This document shows positions 49,982 through 61,669 of a stretch of 64,000 nucleotides of DNA, piece after piece. Under the pieces are notes generated by a model. The model did no database searches. It was given only the letters and a program-made list of their open reading frames with translations, and was not told the DNA's origin. This stretch comes from Sulfolobaceae archaeon (lineage in GTDB: Archaea > Thermoproteota > Thermoprotei_A > Sulfolobales > Sulfolobaceae). The DNA lies in contig JAWARQ010000001.1 in the NCBI GenBank assembly GCA_038893355.1, forward strand, positions 272,556 to 336,555, written 5' to 3'. The translations under genes were made by a program, and so were the position numbers. How positions within the stretch are numbered: the first letter of the stretch is position 1; each line of letters begins with the position of its first letter.

Positions 49982-50030
49982 AATCTTTTCATCAAATTAA
50001 GGATAGTAAATAAGATATTCAATATAGTTT

Positions 50031-50402
50031 CTATATGTTTTCCCTCAGCTTTTTTAATAATCTCTTAACTTCCCTCTGATTAACTTCTTTACCATGTGGC
50101 CTAAGACCGCCGCTAAATGACTTTGGGATGTGTAAGATTTCATGGATTAAAACCTTTAGTTTATCCTCATCACTTAACCTACTATACTTTTCCCAGACTA
50201 GTTCTATCACATATAACGGCTTGATTCCAAACGCAACCGAAAGTACTTTTGGAGTACCCCATATTCTTGCTATTGCCTTAGTTTTTGCTCCATACGAGTA
50301 TACTACCCTTACCCTATTTGTATCAATATAATCTAACTCTAACTTCTCGATTATGCTCTTGACTCTTTCTTGCTCCTCATTGGCAAGTTCATATTTTATC
50401 AT
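50031..50402 (-). CDS. Putative small zinc metallopeptidase
   Basis: HEILHIP (HExxH) and ARIWG. Confidence 0.75.
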   Translation of the reverse strand: MIKYELANEEQERVKSIIEKLELDYIDTNRVRVVYSYGAKTKAIARIWGTPKVLSVAFGIKPLYVIELVWEKYSRLSDEDKLKVLIHEILHIPKSFSGGLRPHGKEVNQREVKRLLKKLRENI

Positions 50403-50498
50403 AAACTATTTTAGTATTGATCCTTATTTATTTCTTTTTATCTCTAAATAATAAGACAAATCTAGATTATATTAATTTCCTTCATTTTTATAATTATT

Positions 50499-50837
50499 TT
50501 ATTTATTAATTTCCTCATTCAGTTTTTTATTGTACTTCTCTATAACCTCACTTATTTCCTTTACCGCCTCGTCATATATTGCTATTAATTTAAGTAATTT
50601 ACTATCTATTAATGAACCACCAGCTCCTCTACCCCCCTTCTTCATTTCTATACCACCGATCTTCTGATTGATATTCTTCACGTACTCCCATGCAAACTTA
50701 TAGGACATATTAAGATTTCTGGAAGCTTTTGATATAGATCCAACTTCATTTATCTTCTTTAGTAATTGAATACCCCCCATACCTATTAAATGCTCGCCAT
50801 CCTTCTCGATCCACAATTTAAACTTAAATTCTAACAC
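50499..50837 (-). CDS. ModE-like N-terminal winged-helix regulator
   Basis: GSISKAS..LNMSYKFAW and KGGRGAGGS; no molybdate-binding mop domains. Confidence 0.88.
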   Translation of the reverse strand: MLEFKFKLWIEKDGEHLIGMGGIQLLKKINEVGSISKASRNLNMSYKFAWEYVKNINQKIGGIEMKKGGRGAGGSLIDSKLLKLIAIYDEAVKEISEVIEKYNKKLNEEINK

Positions 50838-51245
50838 GATTTATATTTATAAACTGGCATCTATATTTCTTACTCTTTCATTAGATTAGGCAATGAAAAT
50901 TATTTAATAAAACTATTATTAAAAATTATTTAATATTAATAAATTAACATAAGAAATAATTATATTTATAGTTTTATTCCTAATTTTTCTTAAATATAAT
51001 TATTCTTCTTTTTTTTTTTAAAAAATTTTAAAATATAATATTTAGTTAATTTTCAAAAGTCTTACTTATTCTTCTCCTTTTTCCTCCAAACTTCTTTATG
51101 ATAAGTATTTACCCATAATTTAATTCTCGTTTTAATTTTGCTAAAAAATAAATTTAATGAAAAATTGAGTTTTTAGATATAACAGTAGAAGGACTCACTT
51201 TTCTTTCTTCAAAATTTTTAAATTCTCAAGAAACAGTTTTAATCT

Positions 51246-52058
51246 ATGAGTTCGTGTGAAGTTTTTTCAGTAATTTCTAAATTAGGTTCGGAAGGAAAGC
51301 GTTTTGCAATAATAACTTTGGTTAGAAAGAATGGTAGAGTTGAGAGGACTGTATACTCTGAAGGAAAATTACTGTTAGGAGTGCTACCTAAAGAGATCCT
51401 AGAATTAGCTGAATCTGCATTAAATGAGTATAGAAGGATTGAAAAGGAGTTTGAAATAGGTAAAGTTATTATTGAGCCAGTTGAACCACGGCCTTCAGTA
51501 ATAATAGTAGGTTCTGGGACTATAGCTAAGGCATTAGCTAAGATCGCTTCTGCATTGGGATATTATGTAGCAGTAGTAGGTAATAATGATATTAAAGAGG
51601 AGGAATTTATTAATTATACTTCATTCATCTCAAATAGCGTCGAAATACTTGAGCAAATAGTAAATGAGACTTCATTTGTAGTTGTCGCAAATGAAGGAGG
51701 AAAGCCATATGATGGTTACGCTACATACTTAGCCTTAAAGGGCGGTGCAAGATATGTAGGAGTCCTAGCTAGTGCTAAAAGGGGAGCATTAATAATTGCA
51801 GAGGTTTTAAAAAGAGGCTTAAAGTTAGAAGAAATTAAGGATAGGTTATATACTCCCGCAGGAATAGATATAGGTTCTAAGACTGCTGAGGAAATCGCAT
51901 TAAGTATTCTTGCAGAGATTGTAAGTATTCTAAGAGGCGGTAGTAAGAGGAATATGAGAGAAGTAAAGGATCCATATCCATATCTTAAAGATGCATTAGA
52001 AGGAAAAATCGATGGTCAATGCTTCTTTATTCCCAAAGTTATGAGTGAACAGATTTGA
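51246..52058 (+). CDS. XdhC/CoxI family molybdoenzyme accessory protein
   Basis: YVGVLAS.KR and PAGIDIGSKTAEEIALSILAEI. Confidence 0.88.
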   Translation: MSSCEVFSVISKLGSEGKRFAIITLVRKNGRVERTVYSEGKLLLGVLPKEILELAESALNEYRRIEKEFEIGKVIIEPVEPRPSVIIVGSGTIAKALAKIASALGYYVAVVGNNDIKEEEFINYTSFISNSVEILEQIVNETSFVVVANEGGKPYDGYATYLALKGGARYVGVLASAKRGALIIAEVLKRGLKLEEIKDRLYTPAGIDIGSKTAEEIALSILAEIVSILRGGSKRNMREVKDPYPYLKDALEGKIDGQCFFIPKVMSEQI

Positions 52059-52405
52059 ATTGCACCTCAATTGAATGTGTAGAAAAGGAGGCTAGGAGTT
52101 TTTTATCCGGTTTAGGTTTTAACTCTAATTTTCAAATAGTATTCTCACCTGACTTAACAGCAGAATACTCATATTTCGATAAGAACAAAAATATAATATA
52201 CATAAATTTATTTAAATATACTAATTTGTATAATGAATGGAGCGGTGAGGCTGGTTTAGTCTCAACATTTTTATTTATTCTAATAATCTCTTCATTCTTA
52301 ATAGAAAATGGGTACAGTTTAAATAATTTAGAAGACATTATTTTGAAAAAATTTGGTGAAAATTCTATTGAATATTTAGTTTTTAAATATATATTTAATA
52401 AATAG
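52055..52405 (+). CDS. Hypothetical protein
   Basis: TTGA overlap with the xdhC stop; very AT-rich; no recognised motif. Confidence 0.5.
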   Translation: MNCTSIECVEKEARSFLSGLGFNSNFQIVFSPDLTAEYSYFDKNKNIIYINLFKYTNLYNEWSGEAGLVSTFLFILIISSFLIENGYSLNNLEDIILKKFGENSIEYLVFKYIFNK

Positions 52406-52568
52406 TTAAAAATATTGAAAATATAAGTCCTGTTCGATTTTGTCATTTAGGTTCGATAAAAAAACTACAGTAAACTATTCATAATATACTTAAACTGTTT
52501 AGTAGATACATCGAATGTGTATTAATTATAAATAAAAATCTTTAAAAGATAAGTGAAAGTGTTTAATC

Positions 52569-55766
<3,198 letters not shown>

Positions 55767-55897
55767 ATTATTATTTGTTATATTTTACTCTTATTAAAAA
55801 TTTCTTCATACTCTCTACAAAGAGTCTCGCTTCGAGAAAATGTTTCTCTAATGTTAAGTACGGATAGGTTAAGGAATCTTTTCATTAATGAAGAATA

Positions 55898-56215
55898 TCA
55901 AGGATCAGAAACCGTAAAGTCCTTATAATTTATGATTAAACCTAGTTTTATTAAAGCTGCTTCGCCTATTAAATTCTCATCTAACTGAGGAACCCATAAT
56001 ACTACAGTATTAATCTCATTACCTAATATTCTTAATATAGAGATTTTTCCGAATGCTCTATAACACTCACTCTCAGTTATGCATACTAAACCAGCGTTAA
56101 ATGTAGGAAAAGGTATTTTCTCGAATATTTCATAATTAACCGTTATCTCGCCACTAAATCCAGTATCTATAATAAACCAATCTTCTATGTTATTAATCTT
56201 AGCCTTTATTCTCAT
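55898..56215 (-). CDS. Clan AA (retropepsin-like) aspartic protease
   Basis: FIIDTGFSGE catalytic motif and distal LIG; 105-aa single lobe. Confidence 0.85.
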   Translation of the reverse strand: MRIKAKINNIEDWFIIDTGFSGEITVNYEIFEKIPFPTFNAGLVCITESECYRAFGKISILRILGNEINTVVLWVPQLDENLIGEAALIKLGLIINYKDFTVSDP

Positions 56216-56610
56216 AAAAGTAAATAAACTCTAAGGGGACTTTTTATTTTTACTTTTTTTCCTTCCTTTGTCTTTTCTAGGACGAATTTATACAAAGAAT
56301 CGACATCAGAAAACCTTCCTAATAATTCTCCTTCTTCGCTAAAGACAAGGTACTCATTACCGCTTATTATCTCCACTTTCTCTCCTTTAAGGATATATTC
56401 TTTCGCTACCTTAAATGCTTCCTCTGCTGTTGAAAATTTTTTTATTTTCTTACCAGAAACTACTAGAAAATATTCCTCAGGAGGACTTTTTATTTTTACT
56501 TTTTTTCCTTCCTTTGTCTTTTCTAGGACGAATTTATACAAAGAATCGACATCAGAAAACCTCCCCAATAGGTTACCATCTTCATCAAAAACTAGGTATT
56601 CTTCTTCCAT
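56212..56610 (-). CDS. Small protein of three roughly 41-aa repeats (DUF5678-like units)
   Basis: EYLVF..dGxLLGRFSDVDSLYKFV occurs twice with a diverged middle unit; ATGA overlap with the protease gene. Confidence 0.75.
   Translation of the reverse strand: MEEEYLVFDEDGNLLGRFSDVDSLYKFVLEKTKEGKKVKIKSPPEEYFLVVSGKKIKKFSTAEEAFKVAKEYILKGEKVEIISGNEYLVFSEEGELLGRFSDVDSLYKFVLEKTKEGKKVKIKSPLRVYLLL
56237..56562. repeat. Perfect 80-bp direct repeat (56237-56316 and 56483-56562; offset 246 bp = 82 codons)
   Basis: Base-by-base comparison of GGACTTTTTATTTTTAC...CATCAGAAAACCT. Confidence 0.95.
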
Positions 56611-56908
56611 AGATCTATATAAGTCGTGTCTCCTTAAATTAATTGCTATGTGAGTTTGAGAGAAGCATTTGTAACCTCTAATTCAACGATGTTTTAGCTA
56701 CCTCCTTAAGAAGCTATATATTTATAGAGTAGATTAAATGAGGAGGTCTTCGGTAACTAGTTTAAGGGATTATGGTTTTTAGACCTCTATTACGACCTTG
56801 AAATTTTGTTAATGAGGACTGAGATATTGATACTCGTTAGCTAACAAGGAGTCAGTCTCTCATAGTGCCTTATGATATATCAATCCTAGTCCACATTCTC
56901 CCTATATT

Positions 56909-56959
56909 GCTCCCCGTGCATAGGTTAGGGGCATATCGCCCAGCCACGACACGGGGAGC
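56909..56959. other. GC-rich stem-loop in an intergenic region (ncRNA or mobile-element relic)
   Basis: Perfect 10-bp stem GCTCCCCGTG/CACGGGGAGC with an imperfect inner helix GGTTAGGG/CCCAGCC. Confidence 0.6.
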
Positions 56960-57048
56960 CATATTTTATGAAGGAGAAGAAGAAAGGAAAACAATAATAT
57001 TATAAAGAGAAGTATAAACTATATCTCTATTAAATTATTCCCCCTACT

Positions 57049-57540
57049 TTAACTCTTTCTTTTTATTATACCATATAGTACGCCTCTTCTTACATAGCCG
57101 TCTTCCCCGCCTACAATAAGTTCATAATTTTCTTCAATATGTTCCCTAAATTGGGAATAAAATTCCTCTTTAGATAATCCTAGCTCTATCCTTATTCTTT
57201 CTAGAGGTGCATAGCCTAGAGTGTCCCTTATTCTCTCATAAGCACTATCAAAATCTCTACTACTTAATTTCCTCTCTCTATCCTCTAAAATTTTTAGTAA
57301 TTCCTCTTTTATTATCCTAATCTCTTTTAATAAAATTTCACAATTATTTTGTTTATTTATCGGCTCATATCCCCTACCTACTTTCTTAATTTTTCCTTCA
57401 CTCTCTAGTTCTACTAAAACCTTCTCTAGTTCCTCCCTATTCACATCTAGTAACTTACTTAACTTCACAGTCGAAATCGGCTTATTTTCTTCATTATAGA
57501 ATTCTAAAATAGCTTGTAAAATTGCATTCTTATCTAGCAT
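57049..57540 (-). CDS. Winged-helix DNA-binding protein with a coiled linker and a second HTH-like C-terminal domain
   Basis: PISTVKLSKLLDVNREELEKVLVELESEGKIKK (wHTH); LERIRIELGLSKEEFY. Confidence 0.75.
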   Translation of the reverse strand: MLDKNAILQAILEFYNEENKPISTVKLSKLLDVNREELEKVLVELESEGKIKKVGRGYEPINKQNNCEILLKEIRIIKEELLKILEDRERKLSSRDFDSAYERIRDTLGYAPLERIRIELGLSKEEFYSQFREHIEENYELIVGGEDGYVRRGVLYGIIKRKS

Positions 57541-57551
57541 TAGTTATAAGG

Positions 57552-57571
57552 TTATTATGATATCGTAATAA
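57552..57571. promoter_or_regulatory. 20-bp palindrome overlapping the TATA box of the wHTH gene (operator candidate)
   Basis: TTATTATGATATCGTAATAA has 9 of 10 symmetric pairs and lies 12-31 nt upstream of ATG 57540. Confidence 0.6.
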
Positions 57572-57936
57572 ACCCTTTTGCATAATAATATCCAATTCTC
57601 TTTAATAGAAATTATAAACTGTGGTCGCAGTTATTATATAATCCTTATCTAAAGAATGAAATATCTCTTTTGATAACTCGAGGTAACTATGAAGTAAGTC
57701 ATTCTGCTATAACATTCTTAAATACCTCTTCCATACTAATTTTTGGACAATCAAGTACTAGTGTTTACCCATGGCGTAACTTATCCCTTACTTTTAATTC
57801 CGCCACGGGCCTCGCCCTTTAGGGTGTGCTCAGGATCTTAACTGGCACCTTGCTTGAAGTTTAACTGAAAGATTTACTACTGGACGTCACGTGCTCTTCG
57901 TAGCTATAAGAGTTTATAATTAAGATCATATTTATT

Positions 57937-58713
57937 TCAATTCTTAAATATAAAATTAGGATTTGAATATTTATTGTTTTTTAGTTCATTTGAGAGGAAA
58001 ATTTCTTCTTTACTTAGTCTATCAAGGTAAGGTTCCATATTAAGTAGATTTGAAAAGCTAGTTATTATCGCATTAGTAACCTCTTCATATGTTATTTTTC
58101 TGTCTAATAATGAACTAAGGTTATTTACACGATATTTTATCATATTTACATCCTTACCTTCCCTTTCTTTTCTCTCTTTATAATCTTTAGGTGGTATTAT
58201 TAAAACCTTATATAAAAGTTCAATATTAGCTGAGACTAATAACGTACCATGTAATAACACTTTATCCTTAGTAATGTAACCAGCATTCCCAGAAACCTTA
58301 AATCCTTTATAAGTCACATCGGTTTCATTATAAACCCTTACTTCATAACTAGAATTGGAAATTTTCTCAATAGAGTGAATTATTCCACGTAAGAGAAAGT
58401 TATAAAGAAGGTCTATTGGTTCTTTATCTTTATAACTTTCTCTATCTATTATTATCGTATAATTCACATTCCCCATATCATGAAATACTGCTCCTCCTCC
58501 AGTAATTCTCCTAGCTAGCTTAACATTTTCTAGTTTTAGGTAATTTAAGTTCACTTCGTTCTCTACCTTTGACCTAATACCTAATATTACACTCTTATCA
58601 TTTCTCCAAATCCTTAAAACAGGCAATTTTCCCCTAAGTAATAACGTCTCATCTACGGCCAGATTTAAATACGGATCGTCAGGAAACTCATCTAGTATTA
58701 CTCTTAGCCTCAT
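57937..58713 (-). CDS. Lipoate-protein ligase A family protein
   Basis: NLAVDE, RRITGGGAVFHD, KVSGNA and HGTLL motifs. Confidence 0.92.
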   Translation of the reverse strand: MRLRVILDEFPDDPYLNLAVDETLLLRGKLPVLRIWRNDKSVILGIRSKVENEVNLNYLKLENVKLARRITGGGAVFHDMGNVNYTIIIDRESYKDKEPIDLLYNFLLRGIIHSIEKISNSSYEVRVYNETDVTYKGFKVSGNAGYITKDKVLLHGTLLVSANIELLYKVLIIPPKDYKERKEREGKDVNMIKYRVNNLSSLLDRKITYEEVTNAIITSFSNLLNMEPYLDRLSKEEIFLSNELKNNKYSNPNFIFKN

Positions 58714-59023
58714 AATAGTACTATAAAACTAGACTATAACCCTTAAGTGATTTTCTATAATTCAAATTAATTATAAAAACAAACAAATCATTTTTATAGA
58801 CTATATTTTTATATTAGGAATATTTTTTAATTTAAGAAAAATTTAAAATTATTTTCTAAATAAAAATAAATAATTTCATAAAGTAGATTAAAAACTTTAT
58901 TGTTATAATATTAAAGAATCGTATTAAAATAATTTTAAGAACATGTCTACTTTATTATCATAATATTACTTAAAATTTTCTTAAAAAAGATTTAAAGGTT
59001 AGCCTAGCGAAGGTAAGATTTAG

Positions 59024-60622
59024 GTGGTCTATATAAAGTACGATGTTGTACTAACAGCAGATAGGGGGACGTTCACTGATTATGGGGGAGTAGCTCCATT
59101 AGGTTACGTAGCCTGTTTGCCTTATAGACTAGTTCCAAGAATATTCATGGATAAGTTGTTTACACCACCTATTCCTTCTGATAAGGAAGGTAAAGCGATA
59201 TTTGCACCATATCCCATTAGGAAAGTTGAGGCGGTCTTAGTTAATAAAGGGTTTAACGTTGCAGTTGTCCCGCCAGAGAAGGTCGAGGGTTTTATTAGTA
59301 AATACAAGGTGAAAATTGTAGGAATTAATGTACATGATCCAATGGGTATTGAACCTGTAAGCGCTAAGTTAAGCATAATATTAGGAGGGGGTAAAACGTG
59401 GACTGCTAAATTCTTTGAGGAATTGGGAGAGAGGATTATGAAGTTAAAAAGAAAAAATGATTTAAAGGTCATTGTAGGTGGTGCTGGTGCATGGCAGTTA
59501 GAGAAGCAAATGCCAGAATGGGTTGACATTGTATTTATTGGGCATGCTGAAGTAGATTTAGCGGATGTTGTAAAGAAGTTAATAAATGGTGAAAGTTTAC
59601 CTAAAATTATAAGAGGTAGGTATCCTAAAAGTATTGCTGAAATTCCGCAAATAATTGGCCCTGCAAGGGGCGGTGAAGTACAAATTACTAGAGGTTGTCC
59701 TAGAGGTTGTTGGTTCTGTTCTGTAACTCCAGATACTTTCATCTCTTTTCCGCTAGATTATATAATTAAAGAAGTTGAGGTTAATATGAGAGCAGGAATT
59801 AAGGACGTCACTTTAATAACAGATGACATTATGCTTTATGGTGCTAGGAGATTAAATGAGGTAAATCACGATGCAATAGTTAATTTGTTTAAAGAACTGA
59901 AGAAGAAAGGCGCTAATTATATAAATTTTGCACATATTTCAGCAGCACCTGTTAAGTTAAGCCCTAAGACTGTTAGAGCTATGGCAGAAATTGCAGGGTG
60001 GAATGAGAAGAGTGCAGTAACTCCAGTAGTCGGATTAGAGACTGGTAGTGAGAAAATTTTTAATAAATACATGAAGATGAAAGCTTATCCTTGGGGCTAT
60101 TCTGAATGGAAGGATTTAATAGTAGAAGCTACTACGATAATGAATGAAAATTATATTTATCCATGCTACACGATGACGATAGGATACCCTGAAGAGACTG
60201 ATAGGGAAGTTGAAGAGTCAATAAACTTAGTCGAGTACATCTTATCCCATAATCCATTAGCGTGGATATTTCCCTTACCAGTAATTCCTATAGGATTAAG
60301 TAAAATAAGAGACAATCCATTACCTACATTAAAAAGACTGCCCAGTAAATACTGGGATTTACTCTATATCACATGGAAATATAATATCTACGTTACTAGG
60401 AGACTGAAGGATACAATAGTCAATTCCAATAAGAATCCAGTAATTAGGAGGATAGTAAGTTTCATGATGGATAGAATATTTGGTAATATCGAGTGGTACT
60501 TTAAGCAGTTAAAGGAAACTAAAGGCGAATTCTCTCTTCTTTATAAGGATCTTAACCTTAATAGCGTTTATGGTATAATTTGGTCAATCTTTAACCTAAT
60601 TAGGCTAGCTTTTTCAAATTAA
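59024..60622 (+). CDS. B12-binding-type radical SAM protein, probable GDGT ring synthase (GrsB-like)
   Basis: TRGCPRGCWFC, APYPIRKVEA, VGGAGAW and GLETGS. The N-terminus resembles Sulfolobus Grs proteins as recalled, not as searched. Confidence 0.7.
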   Translation: MVYIKYDVVLTADRGTFTDYGGVAPLGYVACLPYRLVPRIFMDKLFTPPIPSDKEGKAIFAPYPIRKVEAVLVNKGFNVAVVPPEKVEGFISKYKVKIVGINVHDPMGIEPVSAKLSIILGGGKTWTAKFFEELGERIMKLKRKNDLKVIVGGAGAWQLEKQMPEWVDIVFIGHAEVDLADVVKKLINGESLPKIIRGRYPKSIAEIPQIIGPARGGEVQITRGCPRGCWFCSVTPDTFISFPLDYIIKEVEVNMRAGIKDVTLITDDIMLYGARRLNEVNHDAIVNLFKELKKKGANYINFAHISAAPVKLSPKTVRAMAEIAGWNEKSAVTPVVGLETGSEKIFNKYMKMKAYPWGYSEWKDLIVEATTIMNENYIYPCYTMTIGYPEETDREVEESINLVEYILSHNPLAWIFPLPVIPIGLSKIRDNPLPTLKRLPSKYWDLLYITWKYNIYVTRRLKDTIVNSNKNPVIRRIVSFMMDRIFGNIEWYFKQLKETKGEFSLLYKDLNLNSVYGIIWSIFNLIRLAFSN

Positions 60623-60667
60623 ATTGATAGCATTTAATCTTATATTTAATACAACGTAAGGAAAAAT

Positions 60668-61669
60668 ATGAAAGCCTTAATATTTGAAAAACATGGAATA
60701 GAAAACTTAAAGTTTTCAGATTATAAAGATCCAGAAATAGGTAATCATGATGTCCTAATAAGGGTAAGATTAGCAGGAGTTAATCCAGTAGATTATTATA
60801 CAGTAACCACTTTAAAAGTAAATCCAATACCACATATTCCAGGGGTTGAATTTGCGGGAGAAGTGGTAAAGGCAGGATCTCATGTAAGGAGTGTAAGAGA
60901 AGGGGATAGGGTTACAATTTATGGTAGACTATTCGATGGAACATGTGATATGTGTATGATTGGCTATGAGACTTTATGCAGGAGCGGTGGTAGAATAGGT
61001 GTAGATACTAATGGAGGATTTGCTGAGTATATATCAGTTGAGGAGAAATATGTTTTTAGATTACCCACAGAGTACAATTGGGAACTTGGTGCAAGCCTCA
61101 CTGTTGCAGGCTTAACAGCTTATCATGCATTGAAAGAAGCAAACGTAAAACCAACAGATACTGTAGTAATATTTGGTGCCTCTGGGAATACTGGAATGTT
61201 TGCAGTACAATTAGCCAAAAAATTCGGGGCAAAAGTAATTGCAGTTAGTAGGAAGAGTTGGTTAAAAGAATTTGGTGCAGACTTAGTAGTTAACTATAAT
61301 GAAGTTGAGGAGAGAGTTAAGGAATTTACCAACGGAAAGATGGCGGATGTAGTTATTAACTCATTGGGAGAGAAATTCTGGGATATGAGCCTATCGATAG
61401 TAGGCGTTAAGGGTAAATTAGTAACTTTTGGAACTTTAACCGGCGGGATTGTAAAATTGGACGTAGGGCAATTATATTCAAAACATATTAGCATTATAGG
61501 AATAACGAGAGGGAACAGAAAAGACTTCGTGGAATTATTAGAATTATGTAAGAACTGTAAGGTAAAAGTTTGGAAAAAATTTGGATTGAAAGAAGGTGTA
61601 GACGCCCTAAAGTCTTTATTTGATGAAAATAGAGATGGTAGGATATTCATAGATCCTAGTGTTTATTGA
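60668..61669 (+). CDS. Zinc-dependent alcohol dehydrogenase (MDR family)
   Basis: GVNPVD, PGVEFAG, CDMC...C and GASGNTG motifs. Confidence 0.92.
   Translation: MKALIFEKHGIENLKFSDYKDPEIGNHDVLIRVRLAGVNPVDYYTVTTLKVNPIPHIPGVEFAGEVVKAGSHVRSVREGDRVTIYGRLFDGTCDMCMIGYETLCRSGGRIGVDTNGGFAEYISVEEKYVFRLPTEYNWELGASLTVAGLTAYHALKEANVKPTDTVVIFGASGNTGMFAVQLAKKFGAKVIAVSRKSWLKEFGADLVVNYNEVEERVKEFTNGKMADVVINSLGEKFWDMSLSIVGVKGKLVTFGTLTGGIVKLDVGQLYSKHISIIGITRGNRKDFVELLELCKNCKVKVWKKFGLKEGVDALKSLFDENRDGRIFIDPSVY

Noticed and set aside
50838-51245. Replication origin or DNA-unwinding element in the AT-rich spacer
   Set aside because: No ORB-like TTCCAGxxGAAA-GGG boxes were seen, and no cdc6/orc1 or whiP gene is nearby.
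55767-55897. Possible gene remnant (SLTYPYLTLEKHFLEARLFVESMKKF) and palindrome TTCATTAATGAA
   Set aside because: Too short and unrecognisable. AT-rich palindromes of this size arise by chance at this base composition.
58714-59023. C/D-box sRNA or small ORF in the lplA-radical SAM spacer
   Set aside because: No paired RUGAUGA/CUGA boxes and no credible ORF. It is consistent with divergent promoters.
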